Source of the DNA: Candidatus Saccharimonadota bacterium | Lineage (GTDB): Archaea; Nanobdellota; Nanobdellia; Pacearchaeales; GW2011-AR1 | DNA: 32,000 nt | Reading direction: 5' to 3' | NCBI GenBank assembly: GCA_041659445.1 | Contig: JBAZYG010000001.1 | Location: 390,001 to 422,000, forward strand | In this document: positions 7,530 through 16,604 of the stretch, one piece after another | Layout of the letters: every line of letters starts with the position of its first letter | Numbering within the stretch: the first letter of the stretch is position 1 | The notes under the pieces: generated by a model | Told to the model about the DNA's origin: nothing | Database searches by the model: none | What the model saw: only the letters and a program-made list of their open reading frames with translations | Made by a program: the position numbers and the translations under genes

Positions 7530-9035
7530 ATGAAAGATAAAAGAGGCCTTTCAGACGTTATAACAACTATTTTGTTAATTTTATTAGTTGTTATAGCTTT
7601 GGGAATTGTTTCTGTTATTCTTTTTTCCTTTGCAAAAAATAATTCAGAAAAAGCAGAATTAAAAGTTTCTTTGCTAAGTGAAAATTTTAAAATAAAAAAA
7701 GTATTAATTGATTCACAGGACCCTTCAAAAATTAATATTACTTTTTGTTGTGCTACAGGTTCATATCAAATTAAAAAACAAACAGAAGAAAATAATACAG
7801 AATTAGATATTGGACTAGTCATAGATCGTTCTGGAAGTATGAGACAAAGTGGATGGACAATTAATTTAGACTCAAGTCTTATTTCTTCGTATAATTTTTA
7901 TAATTTAAATGTCCCAAGAAATTCTTATAGTTCTTCACAAACTTTTAATGTAAATTCTAGCAACACACGAATTGCAATTTTGTTGATGTGGGATAAAAAA
8001 CAAGGATATAATGGTTCTGAAGGTTCAGAATTTTCACTTAATTTAAGAAGACCTTCAGGAGAATGGATTTTTGGTTCAGGTCAACCAAACACTGGGGGAA
8101 AAGTTGATCCCCCAGATTCTCTGGGAAACAGCAACGAATATTTTAATGGAATTTCTTCAAAACCCCAAATAATTTATATTGAAAACCCACAAGTAGGAAA
8201 TTGGGAAGTTAAAGTATGGGGTTGGAATTTAAGACCGTCGACAAATCCTCCAAATTCCCAAAATGTAAATATTTCAGTTTTCAAGGGAAATGCTCAACAA
8301 ATTTCTAAAAACCCAACAATTATTTCAATCGACGCTGCTAAAAATTCTTCAAAAAGTTTTGTTAATTCTAAAAAAGATGATGAACAAATAAATTATGTTG
8401 TTTTTGGAAATTATGGAGAATTAAAACAAACTTTAACATCAAATCTTACAAAATTAATAAATGCTATTGACAACACTGGAATGGAAGGAGGCACAGCAAT
8501 ACAAACAGGAATTGAAACTGCTGAAGAAGATTTACTAAATAATGGTAGAGAAAATTCTGAAAAAATAATGGTAATCTTAACAGATGGACAAAATGACGCA
8601 GGCTCTGAAATTGTTATTCAAACAGCACAAGAAGTCAAAGACAATGGAATTATTATTTTTACAATTGGTTTAACAGGATTTGTAGACGAGAACATGCTTA
8701 AACAAGTTGCAACTAAACCAGAATATTACAATTATGCACCTGATGCTTCGAATTTAAATTTTATATTTGAAGAAGTAAGAAGAGATATCACAAATTTATT
8801 TGAAAAAAATGAAAAATTATCAGATTATTTTCTTTTAATTTTTTATAACAATACAAACAGCTATGAATACAAACTTGACGACCCTTCTTTAAAACCACTT
8901 CAAACAAAAGAATATTTTTTTGATTTAACTGGAAAATTGACAAATGTCACAAGAATAGAAATTTATCCTGTTATTTTAGCAAAAAATGGAAAAGAAGTAA
9001 TTGGACAACTTCTTCAAACATTTGAGATTGCATAA
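7530..9035 (+). CDS. surface protein with an archaeal pilin-type (class III) signal peptide and a von Willebrand factor A domain
   Basis: N-terminus MKDKRGLSDVITTILLILLVVIALG is an archaeal pilin_N-like pattern. MIDAS elements are DRSGS, GGTAIQTG and ILTDGQND, followed by IIIFTIGL. Confidence 0.8.
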   Translation: MKDKRGLSDVITTILLILLVVIALGIVSVILFSFAKNNSEKAELKVSLLSENFKIKKVLIDSQDPSKINITFCCATGSYQIKKQTEENNTELDIGLVIDRSGSMRQSGWTINLDSSLISSYNFYNLNVPRNSYSSSQTFNVNSSNTRIAILLMWDKKQGYNGSEGSEFSLNLRRPSGEWIFGSGQPNTGGKVDPPDSLGNSNEYFNGISSKPQIIYIENPQVGNWEVKVWGWNLRPSTNPPNSQNVNISVFKGNAQQISKNPTIISIDAAKNSSKSFVNSKKDDEQINYVVFGNYGELKQTLTSNLTKLINAIDNTGMEGGTAIQTGIETAEEDLLNNGRENSEKIMVILTDGQNDAGSEIVIQTAQEVKDNGIIIFTIGLTGFVDENMLKQVATKPEYYNYAPDASNLNFIFEEVRRDITNLFEKNEKLSDYFLLIFYNNTNSYEYKLDDPSLKPLQTKEYFFDLTGKLTNVTRIEIYPVILAKNGKEVIGQLLQTFEIA

Positions 9036-9109
9036 TTTTAAAAACAAAATCTTTAAAATAGGTCAGATTATTCTATTTTAAGAAGAATTAAACAAAATTG
9101 CTTAATACT

Positions 9110-9190
9110 GCCCTCGTCGCATAGTGGTTATTGCACCGGTTTGCTAAACCGGGCCCTTTGGGCGCGCAGGTTCAATTCCTGCCGAGGGCG
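9110..9190 (+). tRNA. tRNA-Ser (anticodon GCT)
   Basis: Acceptor GCCCTCG/CGAGGGC; anticodon stem CCGGT/ACCGG with loop TTGCTAA; long variable arm GCCC-TTT-GGGC; T arm GCAGG-TTCAATT-CCTGC. A T-run follows. Confidence 0.9.
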
Positions 9191-9249
9191 TTTTCTTGTT
9201 TAGTTTACATTATAATAATACTTATAAATAAAAAATTTGTTTTAAAATC

Positions 9250-9514
9250 ATGGAACACAAAGTAAAATTAAACTTTTATAAAGGTATAGGAGATGTTAAT
9301 CTTGTTCAACTAGAAAAAGATATCCTAAAAAATCTCAGTGGAAATCATTTAAGAGGATTCCTGTTTTTGCGATACTCCAAATGAGAGTATATTTAGAAAG
9401 ATCATAAACTATTTTGAGGATTATTCTTCATTTAGAATATCTTTTTCACCTATGAAGGAAAAGAGAAATCAAATATTTTATAGGATTGAATTCTCGATAA
9501 ATTTTTTCTGGTAA
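9250..9514 (+). pseudogene. possible frameshifted gene remnant, or an intact 44-aa micro-ORF followed by junk
   Basis: ATG 9250 has a cttataaataa box about 25 nt upstream and reads 44 codons to TGA at 9382-9384. A second open stretch (NESIFRKIINYFEDYSSF...FFW) continues in the +1 frame from 9380 to TAA 9512-9514. The ~380-nt spacer from 9191 to 9571 is the longest ORF-free stretch in the window. Confidence 0.25.
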
Positions 9515-9571
9515 ACTTAAATTAGAGTATTTTCGCTCCAATTATTCAAGACAAAGAAGTCTCGAGAGATT

Positions 9572-10372
9572 CTAAATCCCGCTTCCACTGCCAAAAATAC
9601 TCCACATTAATAAAACAACACCTAAAACCAAAAATAAAATTCCTGCAGCTGATTTTAATTGTTTTTCAGATAATAAATTTGCAAAAACAGAAGAATATCT
9701 AGAACCGATAATTCCTCCAATGCATCCTACTCCCAACAAAATTAATGAAAAAGGTTTATAATAAAAATGTGAGAGCCCGCCGAAAAATGCAATAAATATC
9801 ATCATCAAAAGTGAAGTTCCAATTGCTTTATGAATTGTATAATCTAAAATAAAAACTAAAACAACAAACATCATCAATCCTCCCCCTGCTCCAAATGCTC
9901 CAGAAATAAATCCAATAAAAATTCCAAGAAAAATTAAAAAAGAAATTTTCCTTTTTTTGGTTTTGTTGAACCATGCAATGATTTTTGGAGGTGTTCTTTT
10001 TTTCTTGTCTTTTCTAAGTAAAATTGAAATTCCTACAATAATAATTCCAATTCCAAGTAACAAAGAAAAATTATAAGATGGGATATAAAAAGAAATATAA
10101 CTACCAATTGCCACTCCAAAAAAAGAAGCAAGCAAAATTGGAAGAGCAGACATTAAAGCAATATTTTTATTTTTGTAATAAACTTTAACAGCGACTAAAG
10201 AAATTGCAACATCTACTAATAAAGTTAAACCAACGACAATATAAGGATCCATTTTTAAAAAAATCATTAAAATAGGAACCATAACCATAACTGCACTTGC
10301 TCCAGCTAAACCTGCGACCACCCCTGCAATTATTGAGGACGTAAGCACGATAATGATTGAAAACCAATCCAT
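9572..10372 (-). CDS. TauE/SafE-family (sulfite exporter-like) permease
   Basis: 266 aa, polytopic, with two halves each carrying a Gly-rich helix (AGVVAGLAGASAVMVMVP and ISGAFGAGGGLMMFVVL), as is typical of the family. Confidence 0.75.
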   Translation of the reverse strand: MDWFSIIIVLTSSIIAGVVAGLAGASAVMVMVPILMIFLKMDPYIVVGLTLLVDVAISLVAVKVYYKNKNIALMSALPILLASFFGVAIGSYISFYIPSYNFSLLLGIGIIIVGISILLRKDKKKRTPPKIIAWFNKTKKRKISFLIFLGIFIGFISGAFGAGGGLMMFVVLVFILDYTIHKAIGTSLLMMIFIAFFGGLSHFYYKPFSLILLGVGCIGGIIGSRYSSVFANLLSEKQLKSAAGILFLVLGVVLLMWSIFGSGSGI

Positions 10373-10423
10373 TAACTTTTTAAAACAAAAAGACTTTAAG
10401 AATTTATCTAAAAGAGGATAAAA

Positions 10424-10825
10424 ATGAATAAAATTCCTAAAGAATTAAAAACAATTTATCAAGTTGGATATGTTTTTTCAATTATTGGTGTGATTATTTT
10501 TGTTATAAATTTTATAATTTCTTCTTTTTTGTATTTACTGTCTTATAGAGAAGCAAATAAATTCACCATTATAATTTATCTTTTAGTTTTATTATTAATT
10601 CCAATATTAATGTTTTTAATTTCACTAGGATTGCATAAAGGAAAAAAATGGGGAAGAAAAATGGGAATTTTCTCTGGGGTTTTAAGTATTATCTCTATTA
10701 TTCTTGTTTTAATATTTGATTGGAAAACAATAATTTTTTTAATAATTCCTTTTTCATTCTTTATTATAATTGGAATATTCTTGCAATATAACAAAAATAT
10801 TAAAAAATACTTTTCAAAAAAATAA
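10424..10825 (+). CDS. small integral membrane protein (paralog of 21605-22006)
   Basis: 133 aa with four hydrophobic segments and a central motif GLHKGKKWGRKMGIFSGVLSII. An aagagg sequence lies a few nt upstream of the ATG. Confidence 0.6.
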   Translation: MNKIPKELKTIYQVGYVFSIIGVIIFVINFIISSFLYLLSYREANKFTIIIYLLVLLLIPILMFLISLGLHKGKKWGRKMGIFSGVLSIISIILVLIFDWKTIIFLIIPFSFFIIIGIFLQYNKNIKKYFSKK

Positions 10826-10872
10826 TCTTAAAACATAAATTTATAAATTTAAATTATTAAATAGATAATGAA

Positions 10873-10879
10873 AGGAGGT
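10873..10879 (+). promoter_or_regulatory. Shine-Dalgarno-like site (aggaggt)
   Basis: The aaaggaggtaaaa context directly precedes ATG 10884. Confidence 0.55.
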
Positions 10880-10883
10880 AAAA

Positions 10884-11342
10884 ATGACTGGAGAATTTTT
10901 AACAAATTTGAATAATACCGCAAGTACTGCTCCTATTTGGGGTTTTATAAGCGGATTAGTTTTGGGACTTTTAATCGTGATGATATTAGTATTCATTGGA
11001 ATATATATTTATCATGCAATAGCTTGGTCAAGAATAGGTAGAAATCAAAAATACAAACGTCATTGGCTTGCATGGATTCCATTTGCAAATCTTTCAATGA
11101 TTTTAGAAATGGGAGGATTTCATTGGGCATGGGTATTCTTGGTTTTAATCCCAATTGCAGGTTGGATTGCAATTCTTGTTTTATTGACAATATCTATGTG
11201 GAGGGTTTTTGAAAAAGCTAAATATCCTGGATGGTTGTCTTTAAGTTATGTCTTGGTTTTAATCCCAATAATTTCTATACTTTTCTGGATTGCATACTTA
11301 ATAATAATAGGATTTGTAGCCTGGAAAAAAAAGAAGAGATAA
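10884..11342 (+). CDS. integral membrane protein, unknown function
   Basis: 152 aa with several hydrophobic helices and a WLAWIPFANLSMILEMG motif. A strong SD lies upstream. Confidence 0.6.
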   Translation: MTGEFLTNLNNTASTAPIWGFISGLVLGLLIVMILVFIGIYIYHAIAWSRIGRNQKYKRHWLAWIPFANLSMILEMGGFHWAWVFLVLIPIAGWIAILVLLTISMWRVFEKAKYPGWLSLSYVLVLIPIISILFWIAYLIIIGFVAWKKKKR

Positions 11343-11394
11343 ATTTATTTTTTATTTTTTTATTTAATGTTTTTTATATACTTTATTATTTAAT

Positions 11395-11721
11395 TTATCT
11401 AACATCTTTTAATTCTTTTTTATCCCACCAAGAATAATCTGGATAATAATAATGGCATAAAACTTGAAACCCAATGAAATCAAAAGTAGGATTATCAAAT
11501 TTTTCATTATAATAATCTTCCCAAATATTATTAATAACCCTATCTAAAAGATTATTGAAAATTAATTTATCTGATAAAGTTGGTTTAAAAGGAGTTGGTT
11601 TAAAAGATGTAACTTTTTTAATTTCTTGAATACCCTTCATACTCCTAAAATTCTCAGCACTTCTACACATTCCATCAAAAACTTTTTTTCGAAATTCTTG
11701 CTTTGTTAATTCTTTACTCAT
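11395..11721 (-). CDS. hypothetical protein
   Basis: 108-aa ORF with a tttttaaag-type box upstream on its strand (11740s). No motif recognised. Confidence 0.5.
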   Translation of the reverse strand: MSKELTKQEFRKKVFDGMCRSAENFRSMKGIQEIKKVTSFKPTPFKPTLSDKLIFNNLLDRVINNIWEDYYNEKFDNPTFDFIGFQVLCHYYYPDYSWWDKKELKDVR

Positions 11722-11761
11722 AAAAAAGTCATAAATAAAATGTTTTTAAAGATTTATATTA

Positions 11762-13429
11762 TTAATTTTCGTCACAATTTGTTTCATACATTATTCCATC
11801 TGAAAAAGCCATCCAACAATTTCCAACTGAATAATTTCCTGTCAAACCAATATTATTTTGAGAAATTAAATTTCCTGAGAAAGAAATATCTCCGTTAACA
11901 TCTAATTCACTTTGAGGAGTTGTTGTTCCAATTCCAACTTTTCCACCCATAATTGCCATTGTGTTTGCTTGACTTACAATAGTTCCTGATTGATCATTTA
12001 ACCCTATTCCTACTGAATTACTTCCTGAAACTTCTATTCCTTTACCCATTGCGACAGAGTAAGGTCCTGATGCAATTGTATTTCTTCCAAAAGATGTTGA
12101 AGCTTCTCCAGATGAAACAGTCACCAAACCCATTGCTGTTGAACCATAACCTGAAGAAATAGTTCCAGAGCCCATTGCTGTTGAAGCAGTTTCAGATGCA
12201 GTTGTAGAATATCCCATTGCTGTTGAATAATCTCCTAAAGCTTTTGTGTAACCCCCAGTTGACATTGAACTATAACCTGAAGATTCAGTGTATTCTCCCA
12301 TTGCTGTTGAATAATATTGCGAAGATTCTGAACCATAACCTGTTGCTGTTGAATAATATCCTGATGAAATTGTTGCACCACCCATTGCAATTGCACCAAT
12401 TTCAGAGGCTAATGTGCTTGGTCCTATTGCTGTTGAATATAAATTTGAAGCATTTGCATAATAACCCATAGACATTGAATGCTTATTTGGATTAATTAAA
12501 AGAGTATTTTCACCAACATAAAAATTTCCTGTAAATTTCCCATCACCGATGACAGTCAATGCATTTTGGGGATTGTTTGTTTTTATTCCAACATTTCCAT
12601 TATTATTTACAACAAATGCCTTTGAAGAATTTGCTCCTGGACTAAAATACAAACTTTCATCTCCTGCAGATGTAAAATCTATTTTAAAGATTTCTTTATT
12701 TCCAGAACGAATATTAAAACTATCTGCTAAAATAAATGCAAGATATCCACCATTGTAATCACCCAAAATAAAATCATTTGTAGAATGAATACTTCCATTA
12801 ACATCTAAATTATATTGTGGGTTGCTTGTTCCAATACCAACATTTCCCCCCATAATTGCCATTGTATTTGCTTGAGAAACATTCAAATTATTTTGATCAT
12901 TCAATGCGATAGCAAAACTATAATCTCCTCCTGCAATAATTTCTCTACCCATTGCTGTTGACAAAAACCCAGAAGCTGTTGTTGCAAAACCAGTCGCTGT
13001 TGAAGAAGCTCCTGAAGATTTTGTTAAATCACCTAATGCTATTGAAGAATCTCCTGAAGCATTTGCATAATGTCCTAATGCTATTGAAGAATCTCCTGAA
13101 GAGAATGCATGATTCCCAACAGCTACTGAAGAAGGCCCTAAAGCTGTTGATGAATATCCTAAAGCAACAGAATATAATCCCGAAGCTGTTGAGGTTCCTG
13201 ATGAAATTGAATAGGTATTTGTATTAACAAAAAAATCAGTTCCTCCAACACTGAAATTGTAATCTCCTAAAACAACATTATGATTTGAGCCAACGTAAGG
13301 AACATAACTTGAATTATAATTTGATGAAATTAATTTATTATTTGTCTTTGCTAAAGAAAAAGAAGATAAACATAAAATCAAGATTAAAACAAAAACCATT
13401 CCAAAAAAATATTTATTTTTACATTTCAT
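11762..13429 (-). CDS. secreted repeat protein with YadA-head-like (Hep_Hag-type) repeats and two fiber-neck-like modules
   Basis: Signal peptide MKCKNKYFFGMVFVLILILCLSSFSLA. Dozens of 7/14-residue repeats have the form S(T/V)A(M/L/I)G.x.xAsG. The motif ANTMAIMGG(N/K)VGIGT..P...LDVNG occurs twice, about 300 aa apart. Confidence 0.75.
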   Translation of the reverse strand: MKCKNKYFFGMVFVLILILCLSSFSLAKTNNKLISSNYNSSYVPYVGSNHNVVLGDYNFSVGGTDFFVNTNTYSISSGTSTASGLYSVALGYSSTALGPSSVAVGNHAFSSGDSSIALGHYANASGDSSIALGDLTKSSGASSTATGFATTASGFLSTAMGREIIAGGDYSFAIALNDQNNLNVSQANTMAIMGGNVGIGTSNPQYNLDVNGSIHSTNDFILGDYNGGYLAFILADSFNIRSGNKEIFKIDFTSAGDESLYFSPGANSSKAFVVNNNGNVGIKTNNPQNALTVIGDGKFTGNFYVGENTLLINPNKHSMSMGYYANASNLYSTAIGPSTLASEIGAIAMGGATISSGYYSTATGYGSESSQYYSTAMGEYTESSGYSSMSTGGYTKALGDYSTAMGYSTTASETASTAMGSGTISSGYGSTAMGLVTVSSGEASTSFGRNTIASGPYSVAMGKGIEVSGSNSVGIGLNDQSGTIVSQANTMAIMGGKVGIGTTTPQSELDVNGDISFSGNLISQNNIGLTGNYSVGNCWMAFSDGIMYETNCDEN

Positions 13430-13484
13430 CTTGTTTAACTTTATGAAAGCCCTTATTTAAACATTTTTATACTGTAATATATTT

Positions 13485-14297
13485 TCAGTTTATCTCGCTT
13501 GCTCTTTTCCACTGAATATAATTTTTATTCAAAATTTCAACTACTTTGTCTCTTTGTTCAGAATTACCCAAACCTTTCCAATCTAAAATCACAAAATCAA
13601 TTTCTTCTAAAGTTTTTTCAATTGCTTCTTCTATAAATTCCTCGGTGATTGGAGAAACATACCCTGGAATTATGTGAGAAATCGCGACATTTGAATTTGA
13701 TTGAATTTTATTAAATGAGGGACAATAATGCGGACCTCCAATTGCAACAGCAATTTCTCGATATTTATTTTCTTCAAAAGTATCAATTGCTTTTTTTAAG
13801 GCATTTGCAATCACAAAACCTGCTCGTTTATCTTTCCAATCTATTTCAGTGCTTCCAATTTCCAAAAATAAACAAGGCTTATTTATTAACGGGCCGTGAT
13901 GAGTTACTTCAAGAGTTAGTTTATATCCTCGTAAATCTAAATCTTGAATTTGTTGTTCTAAATTTTCAAATAAATGCTTATTAAATAAAGCAGAAGAAAT
14001 TCCAAGTTTACCTTGTTTCCCTCCACCCCAAACTTCTCGGAAATTTCCAGGAGCATGAATTGAAATTGTTTTTTGCTTTTCAGTCGAAGATGTGGAATGC
14101 TTTGAAGCAAAAACTACAAAATCAAAATTATTTATTTTTTCTAAATCAAGATTTCCTTCATCTAAAATTGAACCATCGACAGTTTCAAATTTTACATTCT
14201 TATTCTGAAATTCATCAATATACTGAAAAAACTGCGTTAAGATATTCATCCCAGCTAAATCTTGTTTACTCGCAATAATTAAATATTTTTTAAACAT
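13485..14297 (-). CDS. dtdA: D-aminoacyl-tRNA deacylase, archaeal type (DTD2)
   Basis: Blocks FASKHS, HAPGN, LEVTHHGP, FLEIGSTE..W.D..AG, AIGGPHY and DWKG match the archaeal DtdA family as I remember it. Confidence 0.8.
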   Translation of the reverse strand: MFKKYLIIASKQDLAGMNILTQFFQYIDEFQNKNVKFETVDGSILDEGNLDLEKINNFDFVVFASKHSTSSTEKQKTISIHAPGNFREVWGGGKQGKLGISSALFNKHLFENLEQQIQDLDLRGYKLTLEVTHHGPLINKPCLFLEIGSTEIDWKDKRAGFVIANALKKAIDTFEENKYREIAVAIGGPHYCPSFNKIQSNSNVAISHIIPGYVSPITEEFIEEAIEKTLEEIDFVILDWKGLGNSEQRDKVVEILNKNYIQWKRASEIN

Positions 14298-14379
14298 ATT
14301 TTTTTGAAGATACTTACAGTTTTAAAATTTGTTGTGGTGAAAAACCAAGTTATAAAAACCCCATTTGTATTAATTTGTT

Positions 14380-14694
14380 ATGGAAGAATGGCTTGAATTA
14401 GTGATTGGAATTGTTGTATTAATATTAGGAATTCCAATTGGACATTTTTTGGCAAAAGCTACAAAAGAAGAATTGAACTCAAGAAAAAATCTTTTCAAAA
14501 TAATTATAATTTTTAGTTTAATTTTATCAATTATTTGTTTGATATTTCAACAAGATTTTTTGCTTTTTGGTTTTCTCTTTGTTGCAATTGTTACAAGTCA
14601 AAATTTGAACTATGCTTTGAAAAAAGAAAATATTAAAAATACAAAAACTTTTATAAAAAAGAAGAAAAATGAAAAACTTAAAAGAAAAAATTAA
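14380..14694 (+). CDS. small membrane protein with a Lys-rich tail
   Basis: 104 aa with two hydrophobic helices. A gttataaaaac box lies about 22-30 nt upstream. Its 3' end overlaps the next start by 26 nt. Confidence 0.45.
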   Translation: MEEWLELVIGIVVLILGIPIGHFLAKATKEELNSRKNLFKIIIIFSLILSIICLIFQQDFLLFGFLFVAIVTSQNLNYALKKENIKNTKTFIKKKKNEKLKRKN

Positions 14695-15010
14695 AGTTCC
14701 AAAAGTAAAATTAGCTCACGAATTTAAAGAATTCTTAAAAGAATATAAAGTAATGAGTTTGGCTATTGCATTTATAATGGCTTTAGCAGCAAACACTCTT
14801 GTTAAGGCACTTGTTGACGATATTGTAATGCCTATAATTACTCCTTTTATTCCGAGTGGGGGATGGGAAACAGCCACATTCACTGTTTGGAAATTTATTA
14901 TTGCTTGGGGTCCTTTCTTATCTGCATTAATTTATTTTATAATAATTGCATTAGTAATTTTCTTTGTTGCTAAATTTTTAATGCGAGAAGAAAAGGTAAC
15001 TAAAAAATAA
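14669..15010 (+). CDS. mscL: large-conductance mechanosensitive channel
   Basis: FKEFLKEYKVMSLAIAFIMALAANTLVKALVDDIVMPII matches the MscL N-terminal and TM1 signature. A second TM and a charged tail follow. Confidence 0.8.
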   Translation: MKNLKEKIKVPKVKLAHEFKEFLKEYKVMSLAIAFIMALAANTLVKALVDDIVMPIITPFIPSGGWETATFTVWKFIIAWGPFLSALIYFIIIALVIFFVAKFLMREEKVTKK

Positions 15011-15073
15011 GAAGTTAAAAAGTTACATTAAAGGAATATCAACATTTTTAAATCAGTTATATCTTTTACTTTT

Positions 15074-15793
15074 ATGTTATATCTAATGGGTCTGGGACTA
15101 AATGAAAGAAGTTTGACAAGAGAGTCATTTGAAATTTTATCTAGATGTAAAAGAATTTATCTTGAAAATTACACTGTTGATTTTCCTTATACTACTTATC
15201 AACTTGAAGAAATTGTTGGGAAAAAAATAATTGAAGCTAATCGAGAAAAGGTTGAAAGTTTGGAAATTGTCGACGAAGCAAAAAAAATGGATGTTGCTTT
15301 ATTGATTTACGGAAGTCCATTAATGGCTACAACGCATATTTCTTTAATACAAGAAGCAAAATACCTTGGAATAAAATGTAAAGTTCTTTACAATGCTTCG
15401 ATTTTTGATGCAATCGGAGAAACAGGATTGCAATTATATAAATTTGGAAAAGTTACTTCAATGCCTGCTTGGAAAAAAAGTTTTCGTCCGACTAGTTTTA
15501 TGGAAATAATTAAAGAAAACTTTTCAATTAATGCACACAGTTTAATTTTAGCAGACATTGGATTGGAATTTTCAGATGCATTAAAACAATTAAAAGAAGC
15601 TTCTGAAGAACACAATTTCAAAATTAAAAAATTAATTGTCTGTCAAACACTTGGAACAAAAAATTCAAAAATATTTTATAGAAGCATAAAAGAATTTGAG
15701 GAATTTACTGGAGTTAGAAAACCTTATTGCATAATAATCCCTTCTGAAAAACTTCACGAAGTTGAAAGGGAATTCTTGAAATTGTTTGAATGA
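15074..15793 (+). CDS. dph5: diphthine synthase
   Basis: MLYLMGLGL...YLENYT...LIYGSPLMATTH is the tetrapyrrole-methylase-fold Dph5 pattern. This enzyme is specific to archaea and eukaryotes. Confidence 0.9.
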   Translation: MLYLMGLGLNERSLTRESFEILSRCKRIYLENYTVDFPYTTYQLEEIVGKKIIEANREKVESLEIVDEAKKMDVALLIYGSPLMATTHISLIQEAKYLGIKCKVLYNASIFDAIGETGLQLYKFGKVTSMPAWKKSFRPTSFMEIIKENFSINAHSLILADIGLEFSDALKQLKEASEEHNFKIKKLIVCQTLGTKNSKIFYRSIKEFEEFTGVRKPYCIIIPSEKLHEVEREFLKLFE

Positions 15794-15857
15794 AAATTTC
15801 AGATAATTTTATAAATCTACTGAATTAATTAAAACGTAAAAAAATAATTTAAATAAA

Positions 15858-16523
15858 ATGCTCGAAAAAAAGTTTTTGAATTTTGCAAAAAAGATTTTCT
15901 TATTTGGAATTATAAATTATTTTAATTTGAGTTGTCAAACACAAATTTTCCATGAAGAAAATAATTCAAAAGAAAATGAAAAAGAAACCTTTCAAATAAA
16001 TAGTCCTTGGTACTCAAATGAAAGAATCTTTGAAAGAGTTTACTTTTTTGATGATTTTTTTGATAAAAAAGAAAAAGATTATGGGATTCCAAAAGGATTG
16101 TTAAAAGGACTTGCAATGCAAGAAAGTCTTGGAAATCCTTTAAGTGTAAGCTATGATGGAGGGGTTGGAGAATTTATGCTCCAGCCAGGAACTGCAAGAA
16201 AATACGGATTAAAAGTTTACGGAAATTCAAATAAAACTGGGGCAGATACAACTCATGCAAAAGAAATGAAAAAATTATTAAAAAAATACAATTATGATTA
16301 TTCAAAATTAATAAAAATCGACGAGAGATTTGATATTAAAAAAAGTTCAGATGTTGCTGCAAGATGTTTAATTGATTTGCATAAAGGCAAAGGTCATAAT
16401 TCTTGGAATAAAGCTTTATCTGCATATAATCAAGGAACACCTGCATTTTATGCTTCAAGAACAAAACATGTAAAAAAAATAAGAGAATATCAAGAGTATT
16501 ATAATGAAAGAGATGGAGATTAA
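15858..16523 (+). CDS. lytic transglycosylase (SLT domain)-like protein
   Basis: GLAMQESLGNPLSVSYDGGVGEFMLQPGTARKYG followed by ALSAYNQG matches the SLT family E-S...G-x-M-Q...AYN-x-G blocks. The N-terminus is hydrophobic (IFLFGIINYF). Confidence 0.7.
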   Translation: MLEKKFLNFAKKIFLFGIINYFNLSCQTQIFHEENNSKENEKETFQINSPWYSNERIFERVYFFDDFFDKKEKDYGIPKGLLKGLAMQESLGNPLSVSYDGGVGEFMLQPGTARKYGLKVYGNSNKTGADTTHAKEMKKLLKKYNYDYSKLIKIDERFDIKKSSDVAARCLIDLHKGKGHNSWNKALSAYNQGTPAFYASRTKHVKKIREYQEYYNERDGD

Positions 16524-16604
16524 TATTTCATTAGTCCAAGATGTATTAACTTTATAAAAGTAACAAGTAGTAAAGTTTATAAATAGTTAATATTTAAAAA
16601 AACA

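Noticed and set aside
12217-13227. Plus-strand ORFs 12217-12471, 12549-12758 and 12952-13227 with LLKNLLK-type repeats
   Set aside because: They are mirror images of the periodic repeat codons of the minus-strand adhesin-like gene, which has a signal peptide and coherent repeat architecture.
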